From: Planctomycetota bacterium
Lineage (GTDB): Bacteria; Planctomycetota; UBA8108; SXIK01
Reading direction: 5' to 3'
Assembly (NCBI GenBank): GCA_965223845.1
Contig: CBDCXR010000004.1
Span: 2,496,001 to 2,560,000, forward strand
Length of the DNA stretch: 64,000 nucleotides
Under the pieces are notes generated by a model, which saw only the letters and a list, made by a program, of their open reading frames with translations, was not told where the DNA came from and made no database searches. The position numbers and the translations under genes were made by a program. This document shows, piece after piece, positions 53,980-63,999 of this stretch (position 1 is its first letter; every line of letters begins with the position of its first letter).

Positions 53980-56900
53980 TCAGTCGCAATCGAGCCCGTC
54001 CCCGGTTGGATCCTCTCCGATCGCCGCGATCGGAGGTGGCGGGGAGCGACCGCCGAGGAAGAGGTACGAGAGCACGCTTACGACGTCAGAGATTTCGACC
54101 GCGCCGTCATCGTTCGTGTCCGCCGCGTCCCGGCAATCGAGCGCGCCGTGCGCGGCATCTTGGAAGAGAGCGTCGAGTATCTGCACGCAGTCGCCGATGT
54201 CGACCCTGTCGTCCCAGTTGACGTCACCGCGCAGGAAGAGCGGCTCCGGAGTCATGAGCTCGAACTCTTCGAGCGTGAGTACGTTCCGATCGAGCGATTC
54301 GTCCTGCGCCTCGGGACAACGCGTCGAGTCGTAGGCGCCACCGTCGTCGACGCACGCCGCACCAGGCCTCGCGTCGTGCGGAACGCAGAACGTAAGACTC
54401 CCCTCGCAGGTGTCTCCCTGGTCGTCCGCCGCGACGAACCGAATCGTGTAGACGCGGCCGTTTCCGGTCCCGTTCCGCTCGCAGCGCACGGCGGCTGCGT
54501 CGGGCCGGCCGTTTCCGTTGGTGTCCACGAACACGCCATCGGGGCAAGTCTGGCCGCTGCCCTGCCCATTCGATCGGACCGGCTCGTCCTGCGTGATACC
54601 GAGCACCTCGATCGCGATCGGACCGCCCTCCGGATCGACCACTCCGACGATCTCGGTGAGTACGAACCGGTGATTGGGCGGCCAGCATCTCGTTTCGCTC
54701 AGCACCGCGGCGCTGCAGTCCGGCGGTTCGTTCGGTGCGAGAACTGTAAGCAAAATGCACTCCGGGTCGCTCACGTTTCCCGCGGAGTCCGTGGCGACGA
54801 CACAGAGCTCGTATTGACCTGCCTCCGCGAAGGCGAGCTCGGCACGCGCGGTCTCGAGCGGCCCATCGAACGCGCCGTCGGAGGCCTCCATGGCGATGGG
54901 GTCGCCGCCATCGACGACGAGAAGAGCCTCGACGATGTTCGAGCCGCCCGCCGCCGTATCATCGATCGTCGCCGATACGTCCACCGACTCGCCGACCGCC
55001 GCGGGGTTCGGGTCGGCGTCGAGCCCCGAGACGAAGGGAGCCTCCGTGTCCGGCACGACGACCGCAACCGTGGTGCACACGGGTTCGCTCGTGTTTCCGG
55101 CCGCGTCGCTCACCGTCACGCACACCTCGTAGTCGTCCGGAACGTCGAATACGAGCGCCGCGACCACGTCCTCGACCGGAGAGTCGAAGGCGCCGTCGGC
55201 GGCCGCCATCGCCATCGGTGCACCGCCATCGATCGAGTACGACGCGCCAGTGATGACCGAGCCGCCGCTCGCCACGTCGCTCCCGTTCGCGGAAAGAACG
55301 GTCTCATCGCCGGCTTGCACCGGGTTCGGGGTGGCGACGACGCCCGAAACGCTCGGCGCCTCCTCGTCTCCTTCCGTCGGAGTGCCGAGCTTGAAAAGCT
55401 CGCCTCGGATCCCCAAGGCGGCGGCCGCGAAGAAGAGCTCTCCATTCACGTCGGCGAGCCCGGAGAAGGCTTGAAGATCGTCAAAGGGGAGCGGGGAGCT
55501 CCCTTCGGGAGTTCCGTCGGTCATCCAGAGACCGGCAACGCCTCCGACGTTTCCGCCGACGTTCGCCGTGAAGAAGAGAGTGTCGCCGACGACCACCGCC
55601 TCGACGATCCCTCCGAACCCGTTCATCGCCGTGTTGGAGAGAGGCGCCGGATCGGCGATGAGCTCGACCCCTCCCGCTACGGGGTCGTGAGCGTAGAGCG
55701 CGTGACCGCTCGTTCCGATCCCGCTGAAAAAGAGCTTTCCCGCGAAACCCACCAGGGGTTGCGGCGACGCCGCGTCGAGCGGAAAGTCCGTCAGCTGCTC
55801 CGTGACGTTCGCCGTCAAGTCGTGCCGCCAGAGCTCGGCTCCTGCGTCGGTGACCGGGACGAAGTAGAGTGAGTTTCCGAAACCGAGCAAGGACCGGGCG
55901 AACGCGTTCCCGCCCGGACGCACATCGATCGCGACGGTGGCTCCGGTGCTCAGTTCGGTCTTCCAAAGAACCTCGGGCGCCGCCGCGTCCTCCCGCGCGG
56001 TGAAGAAGAGCGTGTCGTCACCGACCAGCGTGAGCTGCCGCGGGCTCGAGCCTCCGGTCGGATTGATGTCGAGGAACTGCTCGGTCGTTCCGTCCGAAGT
56101 TTCGTGCCTCCAAAGCTCGACGCCGCCGCCGTCGTTCGCGGGAAAAAGGAGCGCCGTGCCGACAAGGACGACTTCCGGGACGATCGGGCTCACGGCCACA
56201 TCGGCGGCCGGCTCGACGTCTCCGGTGACGATGTCGAGCCGCCAGAGGCGACCGCCCGTCCCGTCATTGGCGACGAAGTAGAGCGACCCTCCGACCGGAA
56301 TCAGGTCTACCGGTGGATTCAGCGAGCCGCCGTTTGGGTCCAAGTCGGTCCGTCGCTCGGTGATTCCGGTCGCGGGATCGTGACTCCACAGCTCGGTGCC
56401 AGTCGTCCCGTCGGAGGCGAGGAAGAACACCAGTCCGAACGCCTCGGTGAATTCTGTCGGTCGCGAGCTACCCTCGGGGTGGAGGTCGACGACGCGCACG
56501 GTTCCACCCGGCGTCCCGTCACTCTTCCAAAGCTCGACGTTAAATTCCCGAAGATCGCCGCCGGAAAAAGGAAAATCGTCCGCAGCGAAGTAGAGATCGG
56601 AACCCACCACGACTCCGGCCGCAGGATTCGGGAACGACGACAGGGTTTCCTCGTCGCCGAGACGAAGCTCCACGGTGCCGGCTTCGGTTCCGTCGGTCTT
56701 CCATAGCTCGCGCGGCGTATTCTCCAGCCCCCCCGAATTGGTCCTCGGTCTCTGCGCCGCGAAAAAGAGCTCGCCGCCGAAGCTCGTCAAGTCGGTCGGG
56801 AAGGCGGTCCCTTCCGGGTTGACCACGATCTCGACGGTGCCGGCGGCCGTGCCATCGCTCATCCAGATTTGCATCTCCCCTGAGCCGCCGGCGAAGAAGA

Positions 56901-58092
56901 GCGTGCCCTCGACGTCGGTCAGGTCTTGGATGCGGAACGCTTGAGGTCCTGCTGAAGGCTCGGGGTTGAAGTCCGTCACTGTCACGGTTTCGCCCGCAGC
57001 AAAGTCGTGACGCCAGATCTCGAATCCCGTCGAACCGTCATCTCCGGTGAAGTAGAACATCCCGCCGACGTCCGTAAAGTTGCCGACGAGCGTGCTCCCG
57101 CCGCCACTCCAGTTGATGGGCGAGATCGGCGCGGTCTCGTCGGTCGCCGGGTCGAAGCGGTAGAGTTCGAAACCGGGACTCGGGTCGCCGTCGAAGAGAT
57201 AGACGAGAAATCCTCCGACGGGGACAAACACGCGTCCGACGACGTTTGCGGGAACGATTCCGAGATCGACCGTGCCGCCGGCCGTTCCGTCGGACTTCCA
57301 CAGGGTCGGACCCACGATTGCGTCGTTCACAGTGAAGAAGAGCTCCCCGCCGAGAACGGTGATCGGCGTCACGTCGGCGAATCCTCCGGGGTTGAAGCCG
57401 CGCAGGAACTCCGTACCCGCCTCGGTGCCGTCAGAGCGCCAGAGTTCCTCGTGAAGGGGAATTCTCGAGGTCTGTCGGGCGAAGAGGACGATGTCACCCA
57501 GAGCGGTGATCGACGCGACGCCGCCGTCGTCGGGTCCCGGGGTGACGTCCTTCACGAGGACCGTTCCGTCCTCGGTGCCGTCGGTCTTCCAGAGCTCGCG
57601 GCCGTGGACGCCGTCGTCCGCCGAGAAGTAGACCACTCCCCCCGCTCGAGTGAATCCGCCCGGATCGCTGCTCCCCAGGGGGTTCACTCCCGGATGGATC
57701 TCTTTGATCTTGACCGTACCGGCGAGCGTACCGTCGCTCTTCCAAAGGTCACGACCGGTACCGTCTACCCGGCTGAAGTAGAGCGTCCCGTCGCCGCCGT
57801 CCGCGAGGTTGCTCGGCTGTGTGCCGAGGACGGGCCGCGGAGCTTCGAGGATGCGGGAACCCGCCTCGGTGCCGTCGGTGACCCAGAGCTGTCCCAGGTC
57901 TAACTGCGATACGAAGAACAATCGAGATCCGACGGGAGTGAGGCCCGACGGAAAGACTCCGGTCGCGAACGGTGTTTCGTTGATGTCCCGGATGAGGATG
58001 GCGTCGAGGTCATCCGTTTGCGCTGACGCCGGACCGATGGGCACTACCGAAAAGAGAAAGATCCAGACGAGAAAGTTTCGGGATGCGTTCAT
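53980..58092 (-). CDS. Large secreted ELWxxDGT-repeat beta-propeller protein with Ig-like, WPPNH-type and C-terminal dockerin-like domains
   Basis: Signal peptide. Many LWKSDGT/ELWKTDGT/ELWRSDGT repeats. Two GAFDSP/GAFDGP Ig repeats, CWPPNH..GNGRVYTI, and FLRGDVN..DTNDDG..LSYLFLGG. Confidence 0.9.
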   Translation of the reverse strand: MNASRNFLVWIFLFSVVPIGPASAQTDDLDAILIRDINETPFATGVFPSGLTPVGSRLFFVSQLDLGQLWVTDGTEAGSRILEAPRPVLGTQPSNLADGGDGTLYFSRVDGTGRDLWKSDGTLAGTVKIKEIHPGVNPLGSSDPGGFTRAGGVVYFSADDGVHGRELWKTDGTEDGTVLVKDVTPGPDDGGVASITALGDIVLFARQTSRIPLHEELWRSDGTEAGTEFLRGFNPGGFADVTPITVLGGELFFTVNDAIVGPTLWKSDGTAGGTVDLGIVPANVVGRVFVPVGGFLVYLFDGDPSPGFELYRFDPATDETAPISPINWSGGGSTLVGNFTDVGGMFYFTGDDGSTGFEIWRHDFAAGETVTVTDFNPEPSAGPQAFRIQDLTDVEGTLFFAGGSGEMQIWMSDGTAAGTVEIVVNPEGTAFPTDLTSFGGELFFAAQRPRTNSGGLENTPRELWKTDGTEAGTVELRLGDEETLSSFPNPAAGVVVGSDLYFAADDFPFSGGDLREFNVELWKSDGTPGGTVRVVDLHPEGSSRPTEFTEAFGLVFFLASDGTTGTELWSHDPATGITERRTDLDPNGGSLNPPVDLIPVGGSLYFVANDGTGGRLWRLDIVTGDVEPAADVAVSPIVPEVVLVGTALLFPANDGGGVELWRHETSDGTTEQFLDINPTGGSSPRQLTLVGDDTLFFTAREDAAAPEVLWKTELSTGATVAIDVRPGGNAFARSLLGFGNSLYFVPVTDAGAELWRHDLTANVTEQLTDFPLDAASPQPLVGFAGKLFFSGIGTSGHALYAHDPVAGGVELIADPAPLSNTAMNGFGGIVEAVVVGDTLFFTANVGGNVGGVAGLWMTDGTPEGSSPLPFDDLQAFSGLADVNGELFFAAAALGIRGELFKLGTPTEGDEEAPSVSGVVATPNPVQAGDETVLSANGSDVASGGSVITGASYSIDGGAPMAMAAADGAFDSPVEDVVAALVFDVPDDYEVCVTVSDAAGNTSEPVCTTVAVVVPDTEAPFVSGLDADPNPAAVGESVDVSATIDDTAAGGSNIVEALLVVDGGDPIAMEASDGAFDGPLETARAELAFAEAGQYELCVVATDSAGNVSDPECILLTVLAPNEPPDCSAAVLSETRCWPPNHRFVLTEIVGVVDPEGGPIAIEVLGITQDEPVRSNGQGSGQTCPDGVFVDTNGNGRPDAAAVRCERNGTGNGRVYTIRFVAADDQGDTCEGSLTFCVPHDARPGAACVDDGGAYDSTRCPEAQDESLDRNVLTLEEFELMTPEPLFLRGDVNWDDRVDIGDCVQILDALFQDAAHGALDCRDAADTNDDGAVEISDVVSVLSYLFLGGRSPPPPIAAIGEDPTGDGLDCD

Positions 58093-58215
58093 GAATCGCC
58101 ACTCTCTGAAGTTCCGTTTCTGGCGGGTACCTGAAAGGGAATCTGCCGAATGGCGCCAGGTCAGCTCATCGCGAGCCCATTTTTTCGTCCACCCACCCCG
58201 TTTCGCCCTCCGTCT

Positions 58216-61200
58216 TCAGTGACGATCGCTCTGAAATCGGACCCGAACATCGATCGTCGCCGGAGGCGGTCCGCGGCGGGGCTCGCCGCCGTCCTCCCAG
58301 TCGAGCCCGATCTCTCGGAGCGAGGCTCGCAGCGCGGCTACGTTCCACACTCGATTCCCGACCGAGAGGTACTCACCTGCCGGACTGAAAACGGGACGGT
58401 ACGACTCCTCCCGGTCGGGAGGCGAGAGCGTGAGGAGCTCGTCCCCACTGCGAGCCGAGTAGAGGACGACGTCTCTCGGCCCCTGGCGGCATGCAAGGAC
58501 GCGACCGTCCGGTGAAAACGACGCCTTGCCGCCGTTCACACCGGGAATGCGCCGCAAGAGGCGCCATGTGCCCACCTCGATGAGCGACCACCCTTCGCGC
58601 GCTCCGACGACGAGGAGCTCGCCGCGCGGACTGAACTCGCCGTGGGGATCCGCTCCGAAGTCGTGCTCGCGTACAGCTCCAGACGCGAGATCGATGGTGC
58701 GCAGAACGCGCGCTTCGCGGTCGTATCCTCCCACCGCGAGCCAGCGGCCGCGCGAGCAGACAGCGAGCTGGTCGAGCCGGTCGAACGGCCCCCACTCTCT
58801 GGTGACGGTTCCGGTGTCCAAGTCGATCGCCAGGATCCGGCGTGCGCCGTTCTTCTTCTCGGTCGCGTAGATCGTACGCTCGTCGGGAGCGACGCAAGCG
58901 TAGCTGAGCGTTCGATCGCTCACGATCCTCGCGGCTCCGACGACGAGTTCGACGCGATCTTCGGTCGTCTGAGCTTCGAGCGAACGCACCGAGATGCCGG
59001 CCTCCCCGGCAGCGAGCAATTCCGTTCCGTCCCGGAGGAACTTCAGGCACCTAACCGCGCTGCCGCTCGACGAACCGAGCCGTCGGCCGTCACGCGCGTC
59101 CCAGAACCCGACGCCGTCGTAGCCGGTCGCGAGGAGAGGCAGCGCAGGGTGAAAAGCGGAGGCGCGCGCGGAGTGCCTGCGCGCAGGATCTCGGAGCACG
59201 GCGTATACGGTCGGTAGCCGCACGTGGCCGAGACCCACGTGATCGCCGCGCCAGAGTGCGGCCTGCGCACCGTCGCGAGAGAAACGAACCGGCCGACCGT
59301 CTCCCTCGAGGATCTTCGTCCGCGAGTCCAGGTCGAAGACGCCGAACACGTGCCCCCAACCGCCCGCGAAGAGGAGATTCGCGTGCGGGTGCAGAGACAG
59401 TCGATCGAATACGATCCGTCGGTCCTCGACGAAGTGAACGCGCCTTCCGTCGGTGGCATCCCAAAGTGTGATGCGACTCCCGCCCCCCGGAATGAAGCGA
59501 ACGGTGAGGAGGCGCGGACGGAGGGGGTGCCACACCGCGTGAAACACAGGCCCATCGTGCTCGAGTCGCTGGACCTCTCTCGATGCTAGGTCGAGGATCG
59601 CGGCGTCCTCCGTTCGGTGAAAAACGAGCGCGACCCGATCGCCGCTCGGGGAAAGATGCGGATGCGCGGTCCCCTCGACATCCGCGACGAGATCCTCCAG
59701 GTCGAAGCGCGTTTCGACGGCCTCACCGCGCGTCGAGAGGTCGATGACGATCAGGTTGCTTCCTGAGCAATAACTGAGCCGAGACGGCTCGGCGAGCGAG
59801 GCGATTGCGTAGTTCACCGACTCTACCCGTTCGCAAACTAGGTCGGGAGTTCCTCCGGGACCGAGCGACCAGACGCGCAGGCGCTGGTAACCGACGGCGG
59901 CCAGGGTCGTTCCATCCGGCGAGAGGAATACGCGATCGACGGCCGGGAACTCCGCATCACGGAAAAGCTCCTTGCCGTCGGGGAGCGAGTGCACGAACAC
60001 CGTCTTCGTCTTCGTATCGACGAACGCCGTGCGAGCGAGGTCGGCGTCGAATCGAGCCGAGCGCACGAACCGCCCGAACGGCACGCGTCGTTCGAGCTCG
60101 ATGTCAAAGAGGTGGAGAGCGGCGACAGCGTCGTTCCGAAGGTCGAGTCCGGGCCGGATCGCGGCGGCGGACTCGAGCGCATCGATCGCCAGAGATCGAC
60201 GCCCTGGCTCGTGGCTAGTGCGGGCGATGCGCGCCGCGTTGTGGTGCGCTGCGCGCAGGCTCGTGCGCGTCTCGGCGAGAGCGATGACCACGAGGACGAG
60301 CAGGGTCACGATCGTCACGCTCGCCGCGGTGGCGGCCGGGTTGCGCTTCACCCAACGCCAGAGTCTCTGCGCGGGGCCGGGCTGACGAGCGAGAGGCGCC
60401 ATGCCAGAAACGAATCGCCGCAGGTCCTCGGCGAGCGCTCCGGCGGACGCGTAGCGATCGCGCGGGCGCTTCTCCATCGCCTTGAGAATGACGGTCTCGA
60501 GGTCCCGCGGGACGCGAGAGTCGAGTCGGCGCGGAGACACAGGAGCTTCGCTCACGATGCGCTGGGAGAGTCGCGTGCGGTGGGTGTCGTCAAACGCCGG
60601 CTGCAGCGTCACCAGCTCGTAGAGCGTCGCACCGAGACCGTAGACGTCACTCGCCGGTTCGCTGCGCTCTTCAAAGGCCTCGGGCGCCATGTAACGGCAA
60701 GTGCCGACGAGCTCGCCGGTGTGAGTCAGATCGTCCGCGTCCGCGATCTTGGCGAGCCCGAAGTCCGTGATCCACACGCCTCCCGCCGCATCGATGAGTA
60801 GATTCGACGGCTTGATGTCGCGATGGAGCACGCCGCGGCGGTGCGCGTAGTCGAGCCCTTCGGCGGCCTGGATGCCAATCGCCGCGATGTCGAGATAGCG
60901 CTGCGGGTGGGAGCTCCTCCGAGGTTCGCCGGATTCCGAGCGCGAAGATCGTAGGGCCGAATCCATCGCTCGCCCCGAGGGGAGCAACGCGTCATCGCGT
61001 CGATCCGCCGGACGCGCACGCAGCTCCTCGAGCACGGCATCCAGCCCGTGGCCGTCGATGCACTGCATGGTGTAGAAACAAGCGCCATCTTCCTCGTGAA
61101 AGCCGAACACCGGAACGATGTTCGTGTGATGCAAACTCGCCGCGGCGCTCGCTTCGCGCCGAAAACGTTCAGCGAGTCGCGGATCGAGCCGTGCGTGCCG

Positions 61201-61545
61201 CGGCAGAATCTTGAGCGCCACGCGCCGCCCCAGGATTTGCTCCTCGGCCTCGTAGACGAGACCCATGCCGCCCCGGCCGAGCTCGCGCACGAGGCGATAC
61301 TTGCCCAGCCGCTCGGGTGGGCTTTCGTGCTCGCGCGAATCCGCTTCGATCGCCGGGACCTTCAGCGTGTCGAGACGCTCGAGCGCCGGCAGGATTCCGC
61401 GCAGCTCGTCCGCGAGGTCCGGGTGTCGCCCGACGAATTGTTCGACAGTCTCGGGCCGCCCGCCGCGCTGCAGCGTCAGGAACTCCTCGATGGCCGCGTC
61501 GAGACGCTCGGTGTGGGCGTGCTCCTCCGAGGGTTCGCGAGTCAT
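58216..61545 (-). CDS. Hanks-type Ser/Thr kinase with TM helix and C-terminal WD40-like beta-propeller
   Basis: LGRGGMGLVY, VALKIL, HRDIKPSN, DFGLAK, GTCRYMAPE. TM VTIVTLLVLVVIAL. FSPDGR/WD-like repeats. ATG 61545 overlaps the sigma-factor stop. Confidence 0.92.
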   Translation of the reverse strand: MTREPSEEHAHTERLDAAIEEFLTLQRGGRPETVEQFVGRHPDLADELRGILPALERLDTLKVPAIEADSREHESPPERLGKYRLVRELGRGGMGLVYEAEEQILGRRVALKILPRHARLDPRLAERFRREASAAASLHHTNIVPVFGFHEEDGACFYTMQCIDGHGLDAVLEELRARPADRRDDALLPSGRAMDSALRSSRSESGEPRRSSHPQRYLDIAAIGIQAAEGLDYAHRRGVLHRDIKPSNLLIDAAGGVWITDFGLAKIADADDLTHTGELVGTCRYMAPEAFEERSEPASDVYGLGATLYELVTLQPAFDDTHRTRLSQRIVSEAPVSPRRLDSRVPRDLETVILKAMEKRPRDRYASAGALAEDLRRFVSGMAPLARQPGPAQRLWRWVKRNPAATAASVTIVTLLVLVVIALAETRTSLRAAHHNAARIARTSHEPGRRSLAIDALESAAAIRPGLDLRNDAVAALHLFDIELERRVPFGRFVRSARFDADLARTAFVDTKTKTVFVHSLPDGKELFRDAEFPAVDRVFLSPDGTTLAAVGYQRLRVWSLGPGGTPDLVCERVESVNYAIASLAEPSRLSYCSGSNLIVIDLSTRGEAVETRFDLEDLVADVEGTAHPHLSPSGDRVALVFHRTEDAAILDLASREVQRLEHDGPVFHAVWHPLRPRLLTVRFIPGGGSRITLWDATDGRRVHFVEDRRIVFDRLSLHPHANLLFAGGWGHVFGVFDLDSRTKILEGDGRPVRFSRDGAQAALWRGDHVGLGHVRLPTVYAVLRDPARRHSARASAFHPALPLLATGYDGVGFWDARDGRRLGSSSGSAVRCLKFLRDGTELLAAGEAGISVRSLEAQTTEDRVELVVGAARIVSDRTLSYACVAPDERTIYATEKKNGARRILAIDLDTGTVTREWGPFDRLDQLAVCSRGRWLAVGGYDREARVLRTIDLASGAVREHDFGADPHGEFSPRGELLVVGAREGWSLIEVGTWRLLRRIPGVNGGKASFSPDGRVLACRQGPRDVVLYSARSGDELLTLSPPDREESYRPVFSPAGEYLSVGNRVWNVAALRASLREIGLDWEDGGEPRRGPPPATIDVRVRFQSDRH

Positions 61546-62168
61546 AGTCCGCGCAGCGACTCTTCGAAGCCGTCGAGTGCACTGCGAAACTTTTTCAGCG
61601 CGCGCACGAATCGAGTGCTCGCAGTCGATTCGTTGATTCCCAAAACGCGCGCGGTTTCGACGTTCGACAGCTCCTCGAAGTAACGCAGCGCGAGCGTCTC
61701 GCGGTCGAGGGGATCGAGGCTTTCGAGCGCCGCGAGGACGATCCTCCGTGTTTCGTGGAGCGAGCACACCGAGCTCGGCGAGAGGACGCCCGAGGTGACG
61801 ATGTACTCGGCGAGCGCGGGGCAAGACGACTGGCCGATCCGCACTTCGCGCTCGACCGTTCGCTTGGCTGCGGCCAAATGGCGTCGGTGGAGCTGAAGGA
61901 GCCGCTGGTGAGCGAGGAATCGAAGCCAAAGATAGAGCGAGCCACTGCGCTCCTCGTCGAATTCGCCGTAGCGCCGAATCGCCTCGACGAGAGTCTCCTG
62001 GACGATGTCCGAGGCGTCGAGACGCGCGCGAAGGCGCGCATCGAGGCGCAGCTCGACCGAGCGTCGCAGGCGATGGCGGTAGGGTTCGAGGGCGCGAGCG
62101 ATGGTCTCGTCGCCGCTCGGGGAACGCTGGGCCTTCGGAGTTGGAGTCGGAGTCGCAGGTGCATTCAT
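61542..62168 (-). CDS. ECF sigma-70 factor (planctomycete TIGR02984-like, kinase-associated)
   Basis: YRHRLRRSVELRLDARLRARLDASDIVQETL, WLRFLA..HRRHL..KR..RE, SPS, DRETLALRYFEELSNVETA..STRFVRAL. Confidence 0.92.
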   Translation of the reverse strand: MNAPATPTPTPKAQRSPSGDETIARALEPYRHRLRRSVELRLDARLRARLDASDIVQETLVEAIRRYGEFDEERSGSLYLWLRFLAHQRLLQLHRRHLAAAKRTVEREVRIGQSSCPALAEYIVTSGVLSPSSVCSLHETRRIVLAALESLDPLDRETLALRYFEELSNVETARVLGINESTASTRFVRALKKFRSALDGFEESLRGL

Positions 62169-62214
62169 GGCTAGCCCGGGGTTCTCACCAGATTCTACGC
62201 CGGTGACGTTTCCA

Positions 62215-63999
62215 TCATGATTCGTCCAGCAAGAACTGCCGCATCCTGCGAACGACCTCGTCCTCTCGCTGAATGAAGCAGAAGTGGTCGGTGTCCTTCA
62301 GCTCGACCACTTCCGCATGAGGGGCTTCTTTTCGCAGTTGCTCGATGGAGCTACGCGCCCAGGGCATCCGAACCTCGCGCCAAAACGAATGGGTCCGCTT
62401 TCGAAGCTGCGGTGAGACAAACTCGGGAATATCACGGTTCGTCTCCGATACGGCATAGAAGCTCAGAATGGGCGGCTTGATTCGAGAATAGTCCGGTCGG
62501 AACGACAACATGTTCTGCACCAGCAGCGCGTAGACCTCCGGACGCATCCGCAAAGCGACCGATCCGTTGGGACGGATGAGGACCTGGCTTTTCAGGTCCG
62601 CTTTCCGCTTCGCCCACTGCGACTTCAGCTCGGGAGTGAGGCTTTTCATGAACTCCGCATACCTGGAGAAACTCGAGAAGGCGTCGCCGGGAATGCTGTT
62701 GTAGGCAGGCGCGAGGGGATTGCCGGCCAGGAGCCCCCTGCCTGTCGTCCGATCGTAGGCGGCGTCGAGATAGACGAGCTTGAGCGTTCGCTCCGGGTAC
62801 TTGGCTGCGAACGCCGTCAGCTCGCCACCGGCGATGGAGTGCCCCACGAGGATCGCCTTGTCGATCTTCAACTCGTCTAAGAAGTGCCGAATGTCCTCGG
62901 CGAGTGTCCCGGCGTCGTAGCCCGAGCGAGGCGCCCCCGAGAGCCCGTGCCCTCGACGAGTCAGAGCGATGACCCGGAACCGATCAGAAAGCCGAGTTGC
63001 CATGCTCTCGTAGATATGGGCGGTGTTCCCGAGCCCCGGAAGGAGCAGGAGCGTCTCGCCAGTACCACGCCAGTCGAGGTAGTGGAGCTTGACCCCGTTC
63101 GCCTCCAAGGATGCCGATCGATAGACCGGTGTACCTTTCGCCGGCTCGGGAAGCGTCCGGGCGAGCGCCATCACGGACATCGCCGTTCCGTAAGGTTTGG
63201 TGGTCGAAGCGATCCAGAAATCCCAGAACGAACCGTCTTTCTGCTGACACTTGAGGATGTCTTGACGCAACCTCAGCGCCCAGTAGTCGCGGCTCACCGG
63301 CGGCAAGGTTTCGATGACCTGCGCGGCGTAGTAGTGGGCGAAGAGATAGAAATACGGAGCGTTGGCGTAGTAGGCCTCGTGCGGAATCGTCTTGTTGCGG
63401 GCGACGTCGAGGAATCTGTGATAACGGAAGAAGAGCTCGAGGCCCTTTTCGCGCGCCCGGGCGGGAAGCGACGCCGAACCGGTCCGGTAGAGCGCGAAGT
63501 TGCAGACCTGGATGCGCCCCAGGGAACCCTTGATCTGGTCGATGGACTCGAGCCTCAAGTGACGGGGAAACGCACCGACGCTATAGGAATAGGCGCCGGT
63601 CGGCAGTCGACAATGCTCCACGGCACGGACCGCAGCGCGAAAGACCTTGTCGGGCACTTCGACCTTCGCCTCGCGCGCCTCGACGAGGGCGAGGAGAACG
63701 ACCGCGGTCGTGAAGGACGTCGCCCACTCCGGACGCCATCCAGAGTTGGGATTAGCGTAGTAGCCCCACCCTCCCCGCGGCGACTGATAGCGCCTGAGCC
63801 CCCGAACCATCGTAACGGCGGCCTTGCGCAGGACCTCGGCGCGAGGGGAGTCCCGGTAGCGTTCGTGCTGGAGGGCTCGAGCCAAGGTGTGAAGGCCGTA
63901 GCCGAGGCCCCAGACGTTGTCTACGTCCCACTCGGCTGGCCGCTTGAGGTCCGCGTTGTCGATGAGGAACTGCAGCCCTCGGTCGACCGCGGCGTGGGC
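62215..63999 (-). CDS. Prenyltransferase/terpene-cyclase-like alpha/alpha barrel fused to an alpha/beta hydrolase, 5'-partial
   Basis: Frame is open to the window edge (AVDRGLQFL..). YQSPRGGWGYY, SFTTA, QQKDGSFWD, YGTAM, then LHYLDW, PGLGN, RGHGLS, GHSIAG, VYLDA and DHFCF. Confidence 0.8.
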   Translation of the reverse strand, partial: AHAAVDRGLQFLIDNADLKRPAEWDVDNVWGLGYGLHTLARALQHERYRDSPRAEVLRKAAVTMVRGLRRYQSPRGGWGYYANPNSGWRPEWATSFTTAVVLLALVEAREAKVEVPDKVFRAAVRAVEHCRLPTGAYSYSVGAFPRHLRLESIDQIKGSLGRIQVCNFALYRTGSASLPARAREKGLELFFRYHRFLDVARNKTIPHEAYYANAPYFYLFAHYYAAQVIETLPPVSRDYWALRLRQDILKCQQKDGSFWDFWIASTTKPYGTAMSVMALARTLPEPAKGTPVYRSASLEANGVKLHYLDWRGTGETLLLLPGLGNTAHIYESMATRLSDRFRVIALTRRGHGLSGAPRSGYDAGTLAEDIRHFLDELKIDKAILVGHSIAGGELTAFAAKYPERTLKLVYLDAAYDRTTGRGLLAGNPLAPAYNSIPGDAFSSFSRYAEFMKSLTPELKSQWAKRKADLKSQVLIRPNGSVALRMRPEVYALLVQNMLSFRPDYSRIKPPILSFYAVSETNRDIPEFVSPQLRKRTHSFWREVRMPWARSSIEQLRKEAPHAEVVELKDTDHFCFIQREDEVVRRMRQFLLDES

